Of a stretch of 64,000 nucleotides of DNA, positions 63,485 through 64,000 are shown one piece after another. Every line of letters starts with the position of its first letter. The stretch's first letter is position 1. The notes beneath the pieces are model-generated. The model saw only the letters and a list, made by a program, of their open reading frames with translations. It made no database searches and was not told where the DNA came from. Made by a program: the position numbers and the translations under genes. The DNA comes from Mobula hypostoma (Eukaryota): the NCBI RefSeq assembly GCF_963921235.1, contig NC_086109.1:23376001-23440000 (forward strand). The letters run 5' to 3'.

Positions 63485-64000
63485 ACTGGTAAGATGGTGG
63501 TGCGCTTGTACGTAGCGGCCTCTATGGGGCCAACAAAGGTGTTACTGTTTTTATAACGTATTTTTTACAATTGCATGACCATGCTGGACATTAAGAACTT
63601 AAAAGTGCTGCAGGCCTACCCCATTAATGGTTTGTTCGTCTGTGGAGAAACTGAAGGAGCTGGACTTGGTGTGGACCATGCTGTTGGAGAGGTGTCGGAG
63701 TTGGTCCATGAAGGGTGTAGTCCAACAACGAGCGATTGTCTTAGTCGCTTTACTTGCGTTTGTAACACCCTGCAAGACTCGATTTATCAGAGAAGGGTGG
63801 GTGCAGATAACAGGGGAGCCGCGTGGCCTCAGTCATAGCGAGAACTAGGCATCAAGGTTGTGGTGTCACCTGTTTGCAGCTGCCTGGGGGGGGAGGCATC
63901 ATTGTCGGGTGCTCTACCGGAGTGCCAGAGGCAGTGTGGCGTGGTGTCTGTGTGAGACTTGGTGCTGCCTCCCAGTGTTCACTTGGCAGAAGACAAGCTG
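63485..64000 (+). mobile_element. 5' part of a non-autonomous LINE-derived repeat, runs off the window
   Basis: ggtaagatgg..gcggcctct..gggccaac..aaggtg head parallels the minus head at 26620-26679 and ~410-520. Confidence 0.55.

Noticed and set aside
1..64000. CRISPR array or prokaryotic defence system
   Set aside because: No regularly spaced repeat-spacer array and no operon-like gene density; dispersed repeats are TE fragments.

Overview
Eukaryotic (vertebrate) non-coding DNA made up mostly of transposable elements. I found no host protein-coding exon, rRNA, tRNA gene or CRISPR, so this is probably a large intron or intergenic region. The repeat mix (CR1, L2/Rex-Babar, RTE, Penelope, DeuSINE-like, Tc1, Tigger, hAT-Buster) suggests a cartilaginous fish such as a ray, but that is inference. 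Main elements: (1) a full-length but disabled Gypsy LTR retrotransposon (6104-10438, minus) with CHCC gag knuckle and tRNA-Trp PBS (CsRn1-clade hallmarks), nested in a Tc1 relic; (2) two young Penelope-like insertions with TSDs (31776-33047, 35869-38142) plus roughly 15-20 short pLTR copies carrying a minimal hammerhead-ribozyme motif, many as inverted composites; (3) a non-autonomous Helitron (50206-51483) retaining 23-aa STPR-type repeats missed by the ORF track, nested in a Tigger element; (4) hAT-Buster elements and two Chapaev3-like relics. Most ORF-track entries are TE fragments or noise. Family calls are from motif recognition by eye, with no database search. Nothing here is demonstrably a wholly new system; the best leads are the ribozyme-bearing Penelope repeats and the STPR-Helitron.
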